From: the human T2T-CHM13v2.0 reference genome, Homo sapiens
Reading direction: 5' to 3' (one strand)
DNA length: 64,000 bases
Assembly: GCF_009914755.1 (NCBI RefSeq)
Contig: NC_060936.1
The notes beneath the pieces are model-generated. The model worked only from the letters and a program-made list of their open reading frames with translations. It had not been told where the DNA came from and searched no databases. Every line of letters begins with the position of its first letter. Position 1 is the stretch's first letter. Positions 13,179-29,436 of the stretch are shown one piece after another. Made by a program: the position numbers and the translations under genes.

Positions 13179-13426
13179 GTTCTCATTGTTCACCTCCCAC
13201 TTATGAGTGAGAACATGGGGAACAATACACACCCGGGCCTGTCAGGGGTTGGTGGGCACGGGGAGGGACAGCGTTAGGAAAGATACCTAATGCATGCGGG
13301 GCTTAAAACCCAGATGACGGGTCAATAGCGGCAGCAAACCACCATGGCAAATGTGTAACTAAGCAACGAACCTGAACATTCTGCACATGTATCCCGGAAC
13401 TTAAATTAAAAAGAAAAAAAAAAAAA
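13179..13426 (+). mobile_element. Short L1PA 3' end with inverted 5' segment (13179-13217)
   Basis: L1PA 3' UTR plus A tail. The first ~39 bp are the reverse complement of the upstream L1 3' UTR. Degenerate TSD aaaa(t/a)gatgg. Confidence 0.88.
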
Positions 13427-15025
13427 GATGGAATTGCCCTCTTCAGCCCAGGGACTGGATTCCCTGTTACCTGAGACCAGCAAGGATAATAAAGTATGTT
13501 ATGACTGTTTCACACACTGTGTTCTGAACCCAGCCCTGGACTTACAGGGGAAAAGAATAAATTAAGTATTCCATCCCAGAGATAACTATCTTTTGGTATA
13601 TCTTCTTAATGTGTGGGTATAAACATAAACACACAGACAATTTGGTTTTCACATATATCATAACATTATGCTTATAGTGCCAGACCCATTTTCATATAAC
13701 AGTAAATCATTGATGTTTTTCTATATCATTAAATATCATTCTCTACTGTCATTTTTATTTGCTACATGAAATTCTGTTATATGGATATACCATAATGTAG
13801 TTGTTAGTTTTTAATATTGAACACTTGATTTCTCTTAAAATTTGCAAAGCACTATCACATAAAATGAAATTTTAATCTTTAAATTGGTTGTACCTGCTTT
13901 GTCTATTCTGCTTATCTCAAAAGATACATTTTAAATGAAAGCATATTTTGAGTAAATGGTTTATGCTTTCAAATCATAGAGTGGAGTGGATTTGAATTTT
14001 TTCTCTTCTCACAACAATCTAATTCCCATTCTTAATTTTAGCATCTTACAAGTCATGAAACTATCTTTTATTTACATAGTCCTTATACTCATAGCTGTAT
14101 GTATTTTCAAACTTACTCTACAATTGCTTTTATTTTTCTTAGTATCTTACATGACAAGTACATTTTTGGAATTATCAATGATATGGTTTATTATATGTTT
14201 TTCAGTAATAAGTGTGCATTATAAGAGTAATATATATAAATTGGAACACTATACCAAAACATTAACCAGCATAGCAGTATATAAGGTTAAACATTAAATA
14301 ACCCCTGGCTTAACTAACTCTCCAATTGCACTTTCTATAAGTAATTGTTGTTTAGACTTTATTAATTCAGATGTTTCAGACATGTCTTATATACACAAGA
14401 GAATTTCATTTCTCTTTCCTCTTTTATGGCAGCCTATGAGATAACTCAGACAGTTCAGAACTCAGATAACTTCTTCACTTAGGTAAGTGCACAGTCATAA
14501 ATTTGCTTTTGGGAGAAATTCCTCTTTTCTCATGATAAGCAATGCTGTATTGAGGAAGTTTTGTGCAAGATAGCTTAAGGAAAATCCCAAAAGTAAGTGG
14601 GCTTTCTGGAGAACACAAATTTGTACACATATTTAAAAATTTTATAATTATTACCTAATTACCTCCAAAATGTTGTTCTGCTTATCACTCCCATCAAAGG
14701 TAGATGAGAATACACTTTTTCACCAGTCATTCATGAAGTTTGAATATGATCAAGCTTAAAATATCTATGATCTAATTGTTAAAGTTTTATTTCTTAAATA
14801 ATATCTGGTAGTGCCAGTCTCCCTTCTTTATTCCTTAAGTGTAGGCTTATCAGACCTTAAAGCATCTGACCATGGCTAAACTCCCTGATGCCATTTTCTT
14901 TCCTCCTTCTGCCTTACATTCTAGCCATTTTGACCTTTACCCAGGACCTGATATATGAGAAGTCTGTTCCTACTTCAGGTCCTTTACCAGCTGTTCTCTT
15001 TGACTGAAGTGCTGTTCCCACAGAC

Positions 15026-17589
<2,564 letters not shown>

Positions 17590-18769
17590 CCCTGGACTGT
17601 TTTATCATTGACTGCTTCTCACTTAGGTCTCTGCATCCTCAGACAGGCTTTTGAACCACAAAATCTGAAGTAGTCTTAGAGCCTGCTTCAGTTATTCTCT
17701 ACCATTTTATTATATTATAATTTCTTATCATTTGTCACTCTTGGAAATTATATTAATATTTAGTATATTTATTAATCATTTATTTTTTAACTTTGACCCT
17801 TGTAGTATGTCACTTCCATGAAAATAAGTATTTGATCTGTCCCTTAGGCTTGACACAAGGAAGGCTCTCCACACATATTTGTTGAAGGAAAATATTCTAG
17901 AATATTTTTCCAGAATATTGCTTGTGATTCTTCATTTGTCTATATTTTTAGATGAATTTCCATATAAATTTTGTTATAGCAAAAACAATATAATCGTATT
18001 TGAATGCATTCACACTGATTTTATAGGTTATCTTAAAGAAGTCGACAACTTTATTATATTGTGTTTTGACATCCAAGGGTAGATTGTCTTTGCATTCATC
18101 TGTGTGTTTGTGAACATCTAGCTTTTAATTGCACCTGAATAATAAATTAATTAACTTTTGAAAACTCCATACTATGCCAGAATCATAATGGAATATGGAT
18201 CCCACTTTAAGTGTTAAATAATTTAAAATGATATATTTTTAATCTTTTCTTCAGGTTCAGATTATTTTATTTTAATCAATGAGCCAGCCAAACCTGGAAG
18301 ATATAGTCCTATGATGGCTGATGCTGATAAAGGTTTCAATTTTGTTGTACAGGATAAGCAAGAAAAAATTAAACTTCTCTTTATTTCACATAAAAGCAAG
18401 TAAAGCACAAGAAATATGCCCGTAACAGTTACAGTCTTCTTTCAGACTTCAAACCCAGGTGTTTCTCTGACGTGTGCTTTGAAGCTCTCATAGCAGATAA
18501 ACACCACCGTATGTGAAGCATGTCTGCCAGATGTTAAGGTGTGATATGTTTTGAGTATCATATACATAATAATTACACATAGCCTGGGATTTAATTCAAA
18601 TTAAATAGGAAGATGTGTAATATACTATTTCAAATATGAAAATAAAAAGTACATACAAATTGTACTATACCAACTACAAATAGAAAAGTGATGACATCAT
18701 TCTGCCTTCTTCTGTCCGCTAGTAATCAGCAAGTGTATATGTAATTAGTGAATACATTCTAGCAGTTGA

Positions 18770-19230
18770 CTTCTTTACAACATATGTACTGTGTGATCTT
18801 AGGCAATCCACTTAGCCTTAGTTTGTTTATCACTGAAACAAGAATGGTCATGTTCCTACCTCATAAAGCTTTCTTTGTGAGTTTAAATGAGTTACTGGAT
18901 GTGAAATCCTTGAATAATCCTTTGCATAAGGTAAGCATTCAATAAATGTTAGTTATTATTTCTGTTATAGAAATCCATCATTTTCAGCATGTATGAAAGA
19001 GAATAACAAGGACGATGTTGCATTGTATAGGAGCAACAAATTCCCCGAGATCAGAATCTTTGCTTCTGTGCCTTTCCTTGTCTGCTCTGCAGCTATCACT
19101 GTCCACGTACATAAACTCTTTAAACCTCATTTTCCACTTTCATAAAATAGAATTAATTACCTTTATCATGTGGGTGTTGAGTATTAAGTGAGTTGATACA
19201 TTAAGCACTTAAAGCATTGTAAGCATATAG
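18770..19230 (+). mobile_element. Two MIR fragments
   Basis: ctgtgtgatcttaggcaa...tcaataaatgttagttatt and cctcattttcc...taaaatag cores. Confidence 0.55.
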
Positions 19231-19870
19231 TGATTTATTTTATGTAAGCTGAAACATACAAATTATGTTTACATAAATTACATTTAATAACATACTAATA
19301 TTCATAAATATTATTAATAAATTGTTGATAAATATTTATAATAATTATAAATATTATGCTTGATATACTAATATTTACACTTAAAAAGTTATAAAACCAA
19401 ATAAAAATAACAACTTATCATAAATGTTATAAATAAAGTAATGAGCAGGCAGTGAGGGAGAATAAAAGGTTGAGAAAGCAGAGAAGGCCTCCCGCTAGGA
19501 TAAACCAATATTTAAACTGGATAGGGAAAGGTGAGAAAGTAGAAGAAAAGATGTTCAATGTAGAGGTTTCAGGATTTTGAATGGGGGCCAGATGGTAAAA
19601 GCTTGGTGGTTGAACGGCATGAAAATTGTTATTAGACATGTAATGATAATGGGTTCATGGAAGTCATTCAGGGCATACTATAGCTATGGATTTTGGATTT
19701 TTAAGTGTTTTAGGATGCTGGTGATTATAAGCAGTAGAGTCACAAGAGGAAGCAGGAAGTCAAAATGGGACACAACAGTATTAGTCCAGGCAAGAAATGA
19801 AGATAATGGACTAGAGACGTGACATTAAAGATACATAGAATTTAGAATACGCAATTGCAATGTAATCAAG

Positions 19871-20562
19871 TGTAGGAAAAAATAGGCAAAGCTTCTACTC
19901 CACCCTCTGAAGTTTGCTGGAAGTGAATTAACAATAGGCAGATTAATAGGAGAGAAAGATGTACAAACTTGTTAATGTGCATAGAGCAAAATCACAGGAA
20001 AGTGATTACCCAATAACCCAATGAGGTCCAGTTGCTTATATACCCCTCTTCATAAGTAAAGGAGAGATGAGAGAAATGTGGCAATTTTGAGAAGTACTGA
20101 ATTATTTTTAGGGAGAATTAATGGACCCAGTAGGCAGACATTTTCTTGGAAATGAATCTCTTAAGAAACTTAATGGGGCTGACAAGTTACAGGAAGATCA
20201 GGAGCATAACTGCACTGTGAACCAAGGTTGCCGTAGTATGTGGATAGTCTCCCAGGTAATCTTTCAGTAATGCCCTCTGAAGAACAGATAAAGTCAGTCT
20301 GGGCCTGGTGACCCCTGATTTTAGTTTTTTCTCTTCCTTGGTGGTTAATCTTTCCTAGTTATTTGGTGAGATTTCCAGGGGTGGCAAGTGTCTTAACATA
20401 TTAACATTTATTTTTGAAAGGTGGTTCCTTAGTCAGATAAGGAAATTCCAGAGAGTCCCTCCCTGTGCTTGTGGGGGAGAGGTCAGAGAGACCTTGAGGC
20501 TGTTATTTAGTTCAGCATGTCAAGACATCATATTTTGGGATATTGTTTTCTAAGCCCCAACA
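19871..20562 (-). mobile_element. ERV1-class solo LTR (MER39/MER34-like)
   Basis: TG...CA termini. The minus strand begins TGTTGGGGCTTAGAAAACAATATCCCAAAATATG, as I recall for MER39-type LTRs. Confidence 0.7.
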
Positions 20563-20655
20563 CAGTGAACAAGATAAAAACAAAAATATCCCCTTATAAG
20601 TTCTCTGTCTTTGTGTATGTCCTTCTGAGTTTTGTATTTGCTGTAGATTGATTGT

Positions 20656-20885
20656 TTTTTTTTTTAATTTTACTTTAAGTTCTGGGATAAATATGCAGAA
20701 TGTGCGGATCTGTTACACAGATATACATGTGCCATGGTGGTTTGCTGCACCTAACCTATCAACCCATCATCTAGGTTTTAAGCCCCACATGCATTAGGTA
20801 TTTGTCCTAATGTTCTCCCTCCCCTCGCCCCTCAACCTCTGACACATGGATTCAGGGAGGGGAACATCACACACAGGGGCCTGTT
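20656..20885 (-). mobile_element. Short L1PA 3' end with inverted segment (about 20843-20885)
   Basis: Poly(T) plus reverse-complement L1 3' UTR, then a sense-oriented acatggattcagggaggggaacatcacacacaggggcctgt. TSD gattgattgt at 20646-20655 and 20886-20895. Confidence 0.9.
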
Positions 20886-20941
20886 GATTGATTGTACTTT
20901 TAAAACATATTGGCTTTTTTGTTTTGGCATGTGTGTTTGCA

Positions 20942-20967
20942 TGTGTGTGTGTGTGTGTGTGTGTGTG
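20942..20967. repeat. (TG)13 microsatellite
   Basis: Directly visible. Confidence 0.95.
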
Positions 20968-21695
20968 TTCACATGTGTATGTTTGTTTTTTTTTTTCCTT
21001 TAATTGGCAAGCCATCTTGAGTAGTCACGGACCACTGCTTTTCCGTTTTGTGAGTCAATACATAGTACTACTGTGTTTTTTGGTGTGTATTTGGTAATTT
21101 TTATTAAATCTGTTTTTTCATTAAATAAATTTGACTTTCTTTTCTGTTATTCAGGATTTCCCTTACTTTTTTGTACTATTTTAAAGTTAGTGTCTTTTGA
21201 CATGTATAATTTTTTATGGTAAAATTTTTACTGTTTTCAATACATATTTTATTTTCCTCTATTAATCAGTTCATTAGAACCAATTTTTCTATTTATTATT
21301 TTATTCCAAAATCAGCTATTTGGTGAAGATATGAGATCCAGAAAGTAAAGGCGACATCAGAAAAATTATCAAAACCTTTTTAAAGTAGCTATAAGATGAT
21401 CTCTCTTTCTTTCCCACTAAGAGCCTAATTAAGAATGTTAAAGATCCTATGCACTGAATTAGTAAATAAGTAATGGCACAACTCGAATTAAAATCAATAC
21501 AAACCTATAAAATCAGTGTAGAACAGCTTAGAATTTTTGATTTGCTCCTTGAAAAAAACAAGCATTTATTCATCAGTTCATACATGAATATCCATGAAGA
21601 CTTAGGTACACTAGAAAACAACCCCTGACCTCAAGAAGCACAAACTCTAGTTGGAAAAGATGCAAATAAACATACAGTTATGATAACATGAAGTA

Positions 21696-22096
21696 ATGCA
21701 GTTTGGATGTCTTCTCAAAATCTCATATTGAATTGTAATCCCCAGAATTAAAGGTGGGGTCTGGTGGGAGGTGTTTGGGTCATGAGGGAGGAACCCTCGT
21801 CTTGGTGCTGTCCTGGAGACAGTGAGTGAATTCTCAGGAGATCTAGTTGTTTACAAAATGTGTGGCACCTCCCCACCACTTGCTCTCTGGCTGCTACTCT
21901 GGCCATGTGAACTGCTGTTCCCCCTTCGCCTTCCACCGTAAGTAAAAGCTCCCTGAGGCCTTCCCAGAAATGGAACCAATGCCAGCACCATGATTCCTGT
22001 ATGACCTACAGAACCATGAACCAATTAAACCTCTTTTATTTATGAATTACCCATTCTCAATTTTTTCTTTATAGCAACACAAGAAAGGCCTAACAC
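21696..22096 (+). mobile_element. MaLR solo LTR (MST-like)
   Basis: gtttggatgt...aaaatctcatattgaattgtaatcccc...aattaaacctctt...cctaacaca. Confidence 0.85.
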
Positions 22097-22460
22097 AAGG
22101 AAAGTGAATAAAATACGTGGAGATCTTAGAGCAGCAGCCTTAGGCACAACCCCGTGTTATTGGAGAAGGTTTCTAAAAAGGAGGTGAAGACCAAGATGAA
22201 AATTTAGAGTAAAGAATGAGCTGATGTTAGCCAGGGGAAAAAGTCCAAACAATTCCAGGCAGAGGGAGAGTTTTAAAGGCCCAAGTAAATGGGTCATTCT
22301 CTGTGACAGAATTCATGAATAAGGTCTGCAGTGGCATTCAAAGAAGTAAATTCCTTTTTCTTTGAATTAACTTTATAATGGCTCAGAACACACCATTTTT
22401 CAAGGAGCTAAATTCATCAAAGGTTTAACTGTGTAAGTAACATGTAAGATTAAAAAAAAA

Positions 22461-22768
22461 TTTTTTTTTTTTGTTTTTTTTTTGAGGCGGAGTTTTGCTC
22501 TTGTTGCCTGGGCTGGAGTGCAGTGGCGCGATCTCGGCTCACCATAACCTCTGCCTCCCAGGTTTCAAGCGATTCTCCTGCCTCAGCCTCCCGAGTAGTT
22601 GGGATTACAGGCACCCACCACCACGCCCAGATAATTTTTTATATTTTTAGAAGAGATAGAGTTTCACTATGTTGGTCAGGCTGGTCTCTAATTCCTGACC
22701 TCAAACGATCCACTCATCTTGGGCTCCCAAAGTGCTGGGATTACAGGCGTGAGCCACGGCGCTCAGGC
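22461..22768 (-). mobile_element. Alu (AluS-like)
   Basis: Reverse-complement Alu. TSD gattaaaaa. Confidence 0.95.
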
Positions 22769-24214
22769 GATTAAAAATATTTTTAACTTAACCTATTAAC
22801 AAATGAATACTTTCCTAAGAGTCCAATAGGCATATCCTCATAAAAATATGGTTTTAAAGACTTAAATAATCCTACTGTGTGTTTTTTAGTACCAACGTCC
22901 TGTGGCATGTTTTGAAAGTGACATAATGTTGACTCATTAGAAAATAGATTCCACTAAAAACAAATAGACCTCTAACAGAAAATGGTGTAAGTACTCCTCA
23001 TTTTAGTGTTGAAAGTTTTGATTCTGAAATTTAATATGTACCTGTCATTCCAAATATCCTTCCTTGGTTATATTTGCAAGGAAATAGGTGAACTTTAGGA
23101 TTAAGTAGTTAATAAACTTTTAAATGATACACATTTTCCAGGGTTATATGGTTTCTCCCAAGCTTCAGAAGGGAATTTCAGAAAATAGCTCTGGGGTTTT
23201 AAAAAGCAAGTTGTAGTTGACTTATTCATAAGCCACAAAGAAATTTTCATGATAATTATTTCAATATTGAAAACTCTAGTATGCTTCTAAGCTTCTCTTC
23301 TGCAGAATAAACATTTTTGGATACTCACCCAAACCTATTATATTCCAACCCAGGCTGAATTTCTTCTTTTCCACAAAAAGGGAATTACCTTGATGTCAAT
23401 AAAAGTCCTTCCAAAATTTGCAAGAACAAAAATGGGTGATACACGATACTTACTAATTTTGATAGCAATTAGTTGGTTGAAATATTTCCGTTTCTTTAAA
23501 GCTATACTTTTTGGTTTCTCTAGTTAGAGTTGGCCATAATTCAGGTTTTGAAATAGGTCAATGATTTCCAAAGTTGGTTGTTGATCAAAATCATCCAAAT
23601 AACTCTAAAAAATATAGATACCTAGGAGATTTTCCTTGGAGATCATGATTACATACGCATGACCAAGGAATCTACATTTTTGACAAGCATTCAAAGAGGC
23701 TAGAATAATCAAGTAGTGTAAGTAAGTTATCTTCATCCTTCTATTTCTATCTTTCTGTGTAGTAGAAGATTCTGTTACCCCAAATTTGAAGGCCTAATGC
23801 CAATAAGTAACAAAGAACTTCCTTCTTCGCACTATTGAAACAATCTTCTCTTGAGGGTCTCAGATTCCACATCCCTGATTTCTTATGGTTTTCTACACCA
23901 ATTGAAGAGCCCCCCTCTAACCTCTGTGCATTTTCAGTTGTCTTTTGGAGACAGTGTCTTTGCCTTATTATTGTTTTCTTTGAAATAAAAACAAAATGTA
24001 TGACTACAATGGATGAAATTCAGAGTTAAACAGAAAATTCTCACAGGGGATGGAGAGATGAATTCATTGGGGGCTGACTCTTGCTTACCTGTTCTGTCCA
24101 CATATAATAAAAATGTAAGAAAAGAAGATGTCAAAAGATTCAGGGTCTTCAACAATATTTCTGTTGTTCAGACATGGCCTCAGAAAAGACTGAAAGCTAG
24201 CTACCCACAGAGTA

Positions 24215-24313
24215 TTGGGTTGGTGCAAAAGTAATTGCATTTTTTGTCATTTCAATGGAGGTTTTTTTGTCGTTTCAATGACAAAAACCACAATTACTTT
24301 TGCATCAACCCAA
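24215..24313. mobile_element. MADE1 (Hsmar1-derived Mariner MITE) with internal duplication
   Basis: TIRs TTGGGTTGGTGCAAAAGTAATTG / CAATTACTTTTGCATCAACCCAA flanked by TA at 24213-24214 and 24314-24315. Confidence 0.93.
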
Positions 24314-24770
24314 TAATTATTCATTATATGTTGGTTGAAAATTAGTAAACTATATTCAGGCCTACAAAGAAAATTAGCATATTTATTTTTCATGTTTTAT
24401 TTGTTCTCTCTTCTTTCAAACCTGGATGGTAGGAAATTGGCATTTTGAATTTTTATAATTGGTATTTTGTTGATTTCTATTTAAGTAGTCCTTTTAATTT
24501 AAAAAGTCACTTTAATCTTTTGGATTTTAACAATCGCACCATGATCTATGAGATGTAATCTGTGAGTGGGAAAGTTTAGCTTATCCTCCTGGTGATAGAG
24601 GGCTAGGATAAGAAGTGGCTACAGGGAACTGTGTGATAGTTCTTTTGTTCCTCTTGTGTCATTACTGATTGACTTCTGCATCTGCAGATTGTAGCTCATG
24701 AGCTTGCACCCTCATCTTTTACATCAATCATGAACCCATCAATGTGGTGCTCTGACTCTCATCTGACCCC

Positions 24771-25142
24771 TGTGATGGTTTTGTGTCCCCACCCAAATCA
24801 TTTTGAGTTATAATTTCCATGATCCCTATGTGTCAAGGGAGAGACCAGGTAGAGGTACTTGGATCATGGGGGCGGTTTTCCCCTTGCTGTCCTCATCACA
24901 GTCAGTGAGTTCTCATGCAATCTGATGGTTTTATAAGGGATTCTTCCCCGTTTGCTCAGCAGTTCTCCTTCCTGCTGTCTTGTGAAGAAGGTACCTTACT
25001 TCCCCTTCACCTTCTGCCATGATTGTAAGTTGCCTGAGGTCTCCCCAGCCATGCTGAACCATGAGGCAATTAAACCTCTTTCCTTTATAAATTACCCAAT
25101 CTTGGGCAGTTCTTCATAGCAGTGTAAAAACGGACTAAGACA
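24771..25142 (+). mobile_element. THE1-type MaLR solo LTR
   Basis: tgtgtccccacccaaatc...tctgatggttttataagg...cttctgccatgattgtaag...aattaaacctctttcctttataaattaccc...aaacggactaagaca. Confidence 0.9.
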
Positions 25143-25236
25143 CCCTGCTTTGGTGGTTGACTCTGCAGTAACAGAACCAAGGACAGAGTGCAGGGAGCTT
25201 AGTGAGGGCAGGAGACGACGGACCCAGGTGAGTTCC

Positions 25237-25740
25237 TGTGTTAGTTTATATTGCTCCTACAATAAATTACCAAAAATGTAGTGGCTTAAAACAACACAAA
25301 TTTATTATCTTATAATTCTGTAGTTCAGAAGCCCAAAATAAGTTTCACTGGGTTAAAATCAAAGTGTCAGCAGGACTGCATTACTTCTGGAGTAGCTAAG
25401 AGAGAATCCATTTTGTTGCCTTTTCCAGATTCTAAAAGCCACCAATACCTTGGCTCCTAAACTCACCATATTCAGAGACAGCAGTGGCCACTTGAGTCTT
25501 CCTTGCATCATATCACTCTGACATTGCCTCTTCTGTCTCCTTCTTCTATGTTCGAAGCTGCTCTGATTACATTAGGTCCACTCAGATGATCCAGGACAAT
25601 CTCCTTATCTTAAGGTCAGATGAATAGAACCCTTAATTTTTTCAGCTACCTAAATCCCTTATTGCCATATAATGTAAAATATTCACAAGTTCTGAAAATT
25701 AAAATGTGGCCACCTTTGAGAAGCCATGACTCTACTTAGG
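25237..25740 (-). mobile_element. MLT1-type MaLR solo LTR
   Basis: aaattacc...gtggcttaaaacaacacaaatttattatctta...tctgtag MLT1 signature. Confidence 0.85.
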
Positions 25741-28700
25741 ACGGTTTCCAAAACATTTTGTGAAATTACAAGTTCACTTAAATAAAATCTGTAAAAACAT
25801 TTGATTAGAAGAAACTCTGTTATTTAGATCTATGACTTCTAATATGTTTGATAACTTAAAAAATAAATTATAACCACACTGCATGGGATCTCCTAACATA
25901 TACTCTAACATTAGAGAATTCGACTTTCTGTTTTTATGTTTTTCATATCCAGTTGGGAAGGTGAGTTCAGATGTGACCTTTAATAAAGTAATTCAGCTGT
26001 TACATCTCCATATTGTTAATTTAGTATTCTTTTGGAAGCCAGGGGAAATAAAATTATAGTGAACTTATTCTGGGTCTGGTTAACATCCTTTCTGGGAATA
26101 GACTTTGGATTAACCTAAAAAATACACTGGGAATTTTGCTTGTGGGTATGTGGATTGTTTTTCCCAAAAGTGACGCTGCACACTAGACTGGGCAAACAGA
26201 AGAGGGAGGGTGTGAGTGCTGGCAAGTCTGGATTTGGTTCTGTGATCATGACTCAGAGTGGAATCTCAAAATAAATTATAATCTTATTTTGGCACTTTGG
26301 AAAAAGGAAAAAGACAAGTACCTGAGTAGAAAAACACACTGCAATTGTGCTGGATCATGGACCACAACCATTGAAAACACTTTCCCAAATTTCTAATATC
26401 ACTTTGGTCAAGAACAATATTAGGATTCATATTTATCTTATCTCCCTCCTTTCTCTGCCTTCTTGTCAATCCTATTTCCCTTCATCATTCCTGTGATCAC
26501 TTGTGGCACCTGCCATTGTTCTATGAATATATATGTGTTCAGTACATATGCTCTCCACACAAACAAGGACTGAACAGAACAAGAAAGTACAAAAGCAGGG
26601 GGTGTCTCATGATTTTTAGATTCACTACCTCATACTTTATAATCCTTTATATATAATTGTTTCTGACATCCACTGTGGCCTAAACTATATGGTTAGAGTA
26701 TATATTTTGAACGTTTATTAGAAAAAGTTTAAAAAGGAAGTAAAATATGTATTCTTAAATATAGTTAATATGTGGCTTAACTTGAATCCCATCCCTCCCT
26801 TTCTCAATTCCAAATATTACTTTATTTTAAAGAATATTTTAAAGTGTAGAAAGGAAAAAAATAACACTGGGAAAGAGATGAGTTTCAAACATGAATAAAA
26901 TTCCAATGTCTCCCTCTCCCACCAAATCAAAAGTCTTTCTGAATGAGGTGGCGAAAGATGTCCACGATATTACTTTTCTTTTATAGACTGTGACTCTAAA
27001 GTGCCAAGTGATTCATGACATAGGACATTCTTGCATGCATATTGTTTTTACTTGATCCTTATTAAAACCCAGAGAAATACAATTAGTCTATATTAAAGAT
27101 GAGGAAAGTCAGGCCTCAGGCACAGGAGTTTAGCCTCCAAGATTCTGTGACTTTTCAGTTCTACCAGCCTTGAAATAGATAATATTTTCTCTCATGTTTT
27201 CCCTTTGCCCTTGAGTGGTGGTTCTTCCACCAGCCTTTTCCACCCCACCCTGCCCCGCCCCAAACTCAACTCAGACTCTTCCCCCATACATAGTTCACAT
27301 AAGCCCTTGGACTTTGCACTCAGTATGCTGCCTACCAGTTTCAGTTACTCTTTTGTTTCTGTCATAGCCCCTATCACGATTTACCTTTTATTTACTTTTC
27401 TGATTACTTTTCTTACGTATATGTATGTGTGTGCATGTATCCCTCATTAGAATGGGCCCATGCCTGTTATTTATGGTGTTGTCACTATGGTACTTTTAGT
27501 ATCTAACACAACATTCTGCACAGGGTAGGAATTCAAATATTTGTTAAATGAGTCAATCCACAAATGAAGATCCTGGTTTAATCTAGTCATTGTTCATACT
27601 TTTATACACACCAAAGGATTCTGAATTCTATTAAGTGCCTCTTGAATATTCTGTAAGAATTACACCAAAATGGGGGAGTGCAGAGATGAAACAATGTCTT
27701 TGAAGAAGTTGGGAGACACCAGAATTTCCCCACATTTTCCAAGCCATATCATGCAAGCATTTGAGTTTGATTCTTTTATATCACAGTAGTCTCTTAAAAC
27801 TCCTCTTTCTCAACTAATTTTTGTTTCAAAAATATTCATGTTCTGGATCCCACAGATTTAACAGCCTGTCTTTGCCAATTTAACATGTATTATGAACACT
27901 AAAGTTGCATATAAATGATAAGAATATAGGACTTGAGGGCAAGCAGTAGTATTGGTTCTTTCACTAGCTTGGTACTTTTTCTTTCTTTTTCTGGGCGGTC
28001 ATGTAACCTCTTTTATCTTTACAATCTTTAACATTTTTAGAAAGTTAATGAAGTGTAATTATGTAAAAAATAACCACAAAAATAATAGCAAGCATATAAA
28101 ATGCCATTAAAATGAGGTATCATTTTGAACCTATAAAAATAACAAGATCAAATAAGTGTACTTTATTTTATTATAATGCTAATTTAAGAAATATTTTTAA
28201 TTAGCCGTGTGTAACAAAATGTTTATATGCTTTGATCCAGCAATCCCACTATATAAATAAAATATTAAGTGATTTAAAACCAGGACAATATATGTTTCAA
28301 CACTATATAATAAAAGAAACAAAAGAAATTCTAAAATAGAGGATGAATAACACAGATAAGTGACTATATAGTTAATTCAAGCAATAAAATATATATTATT
28401 AAAATTACATGGTATAATATAATAAAGTGGAAACAATACTATTCAGGGAATATAAATCAGCAAACATGTAATACAAAAGTTCATAATTTCTATCTGCAGT
28501 GATATAACAATGTACACTTGGATTGCAATACACACCAAACAATGAAGCAAAATACATTTTAATTAAATCATTGAATTATCTCCTTGAGCTAATAATTTCC
28601 TTTAGCTTTTATTTAGTATTATAATTTTGGACAACTCTATCAATAAATAATTCCTGATGCAGATATGGGATTTGTTATTTTATGTGCCCTTTTTTAAAAT

Positions 28701-29436
28701 TATGATTTAATTCTCTCATCTTATTAATGTATTCTTACTCCAAACAAAAATAATGTAAAATATTTACCTGTTAAATTTATTTGGGCATTTTTGATGAAAC
28801 CTTGAGAACTTTTCATTTAATTTTTACACTGGTAGTTATGGTAATTTTCTTAGATGAAATTGTACTTTCTGATTTGAGAAAAGAAAAATTATGAATAAAA
28901 TTATATATTCTATGAATGCCACTACATTTTTATATAGTATGATAAATATGATCTATTTTGTCAAGTACCTCTCTCCTCATCCATATACCTATACTTATTT
29001 TAAAGAACATAATCTGATTACTTGGAAATCATTACCTCACTTAAAAACAACAACACTATTTTAAAAGAAACACACAGTCCAATGACCAAAGAAGACTTTT
29101 CAGACATTATACCTAGTGTAAACATAAGCAAACCTCAAACAAGACATGGCCCAGTTTGCAAAAAGAAATCTTTGAGGTGACTGTTTTTAAACTTCATTAA
29201 CTCTAAATTTCCATTTCACCAGTAATGACACTTCATAGTTCCTAAGGACCATTTCCTAAGGGCTCTGCCTAGCTCACCAAGACACACAACCCAGTAACTG
29301 TGGAGTTGACTCTCCTTCATTTTGCTAGCTGAAAACAATGTGGTGTTCTACCACAACTGTAGTTTTTTGGGTCCAGAACCAAACCAGAGAATTTCATTTG
29401 GTTTTCTAATTTGGTCCAGCTGTTGAAATAGATCAC

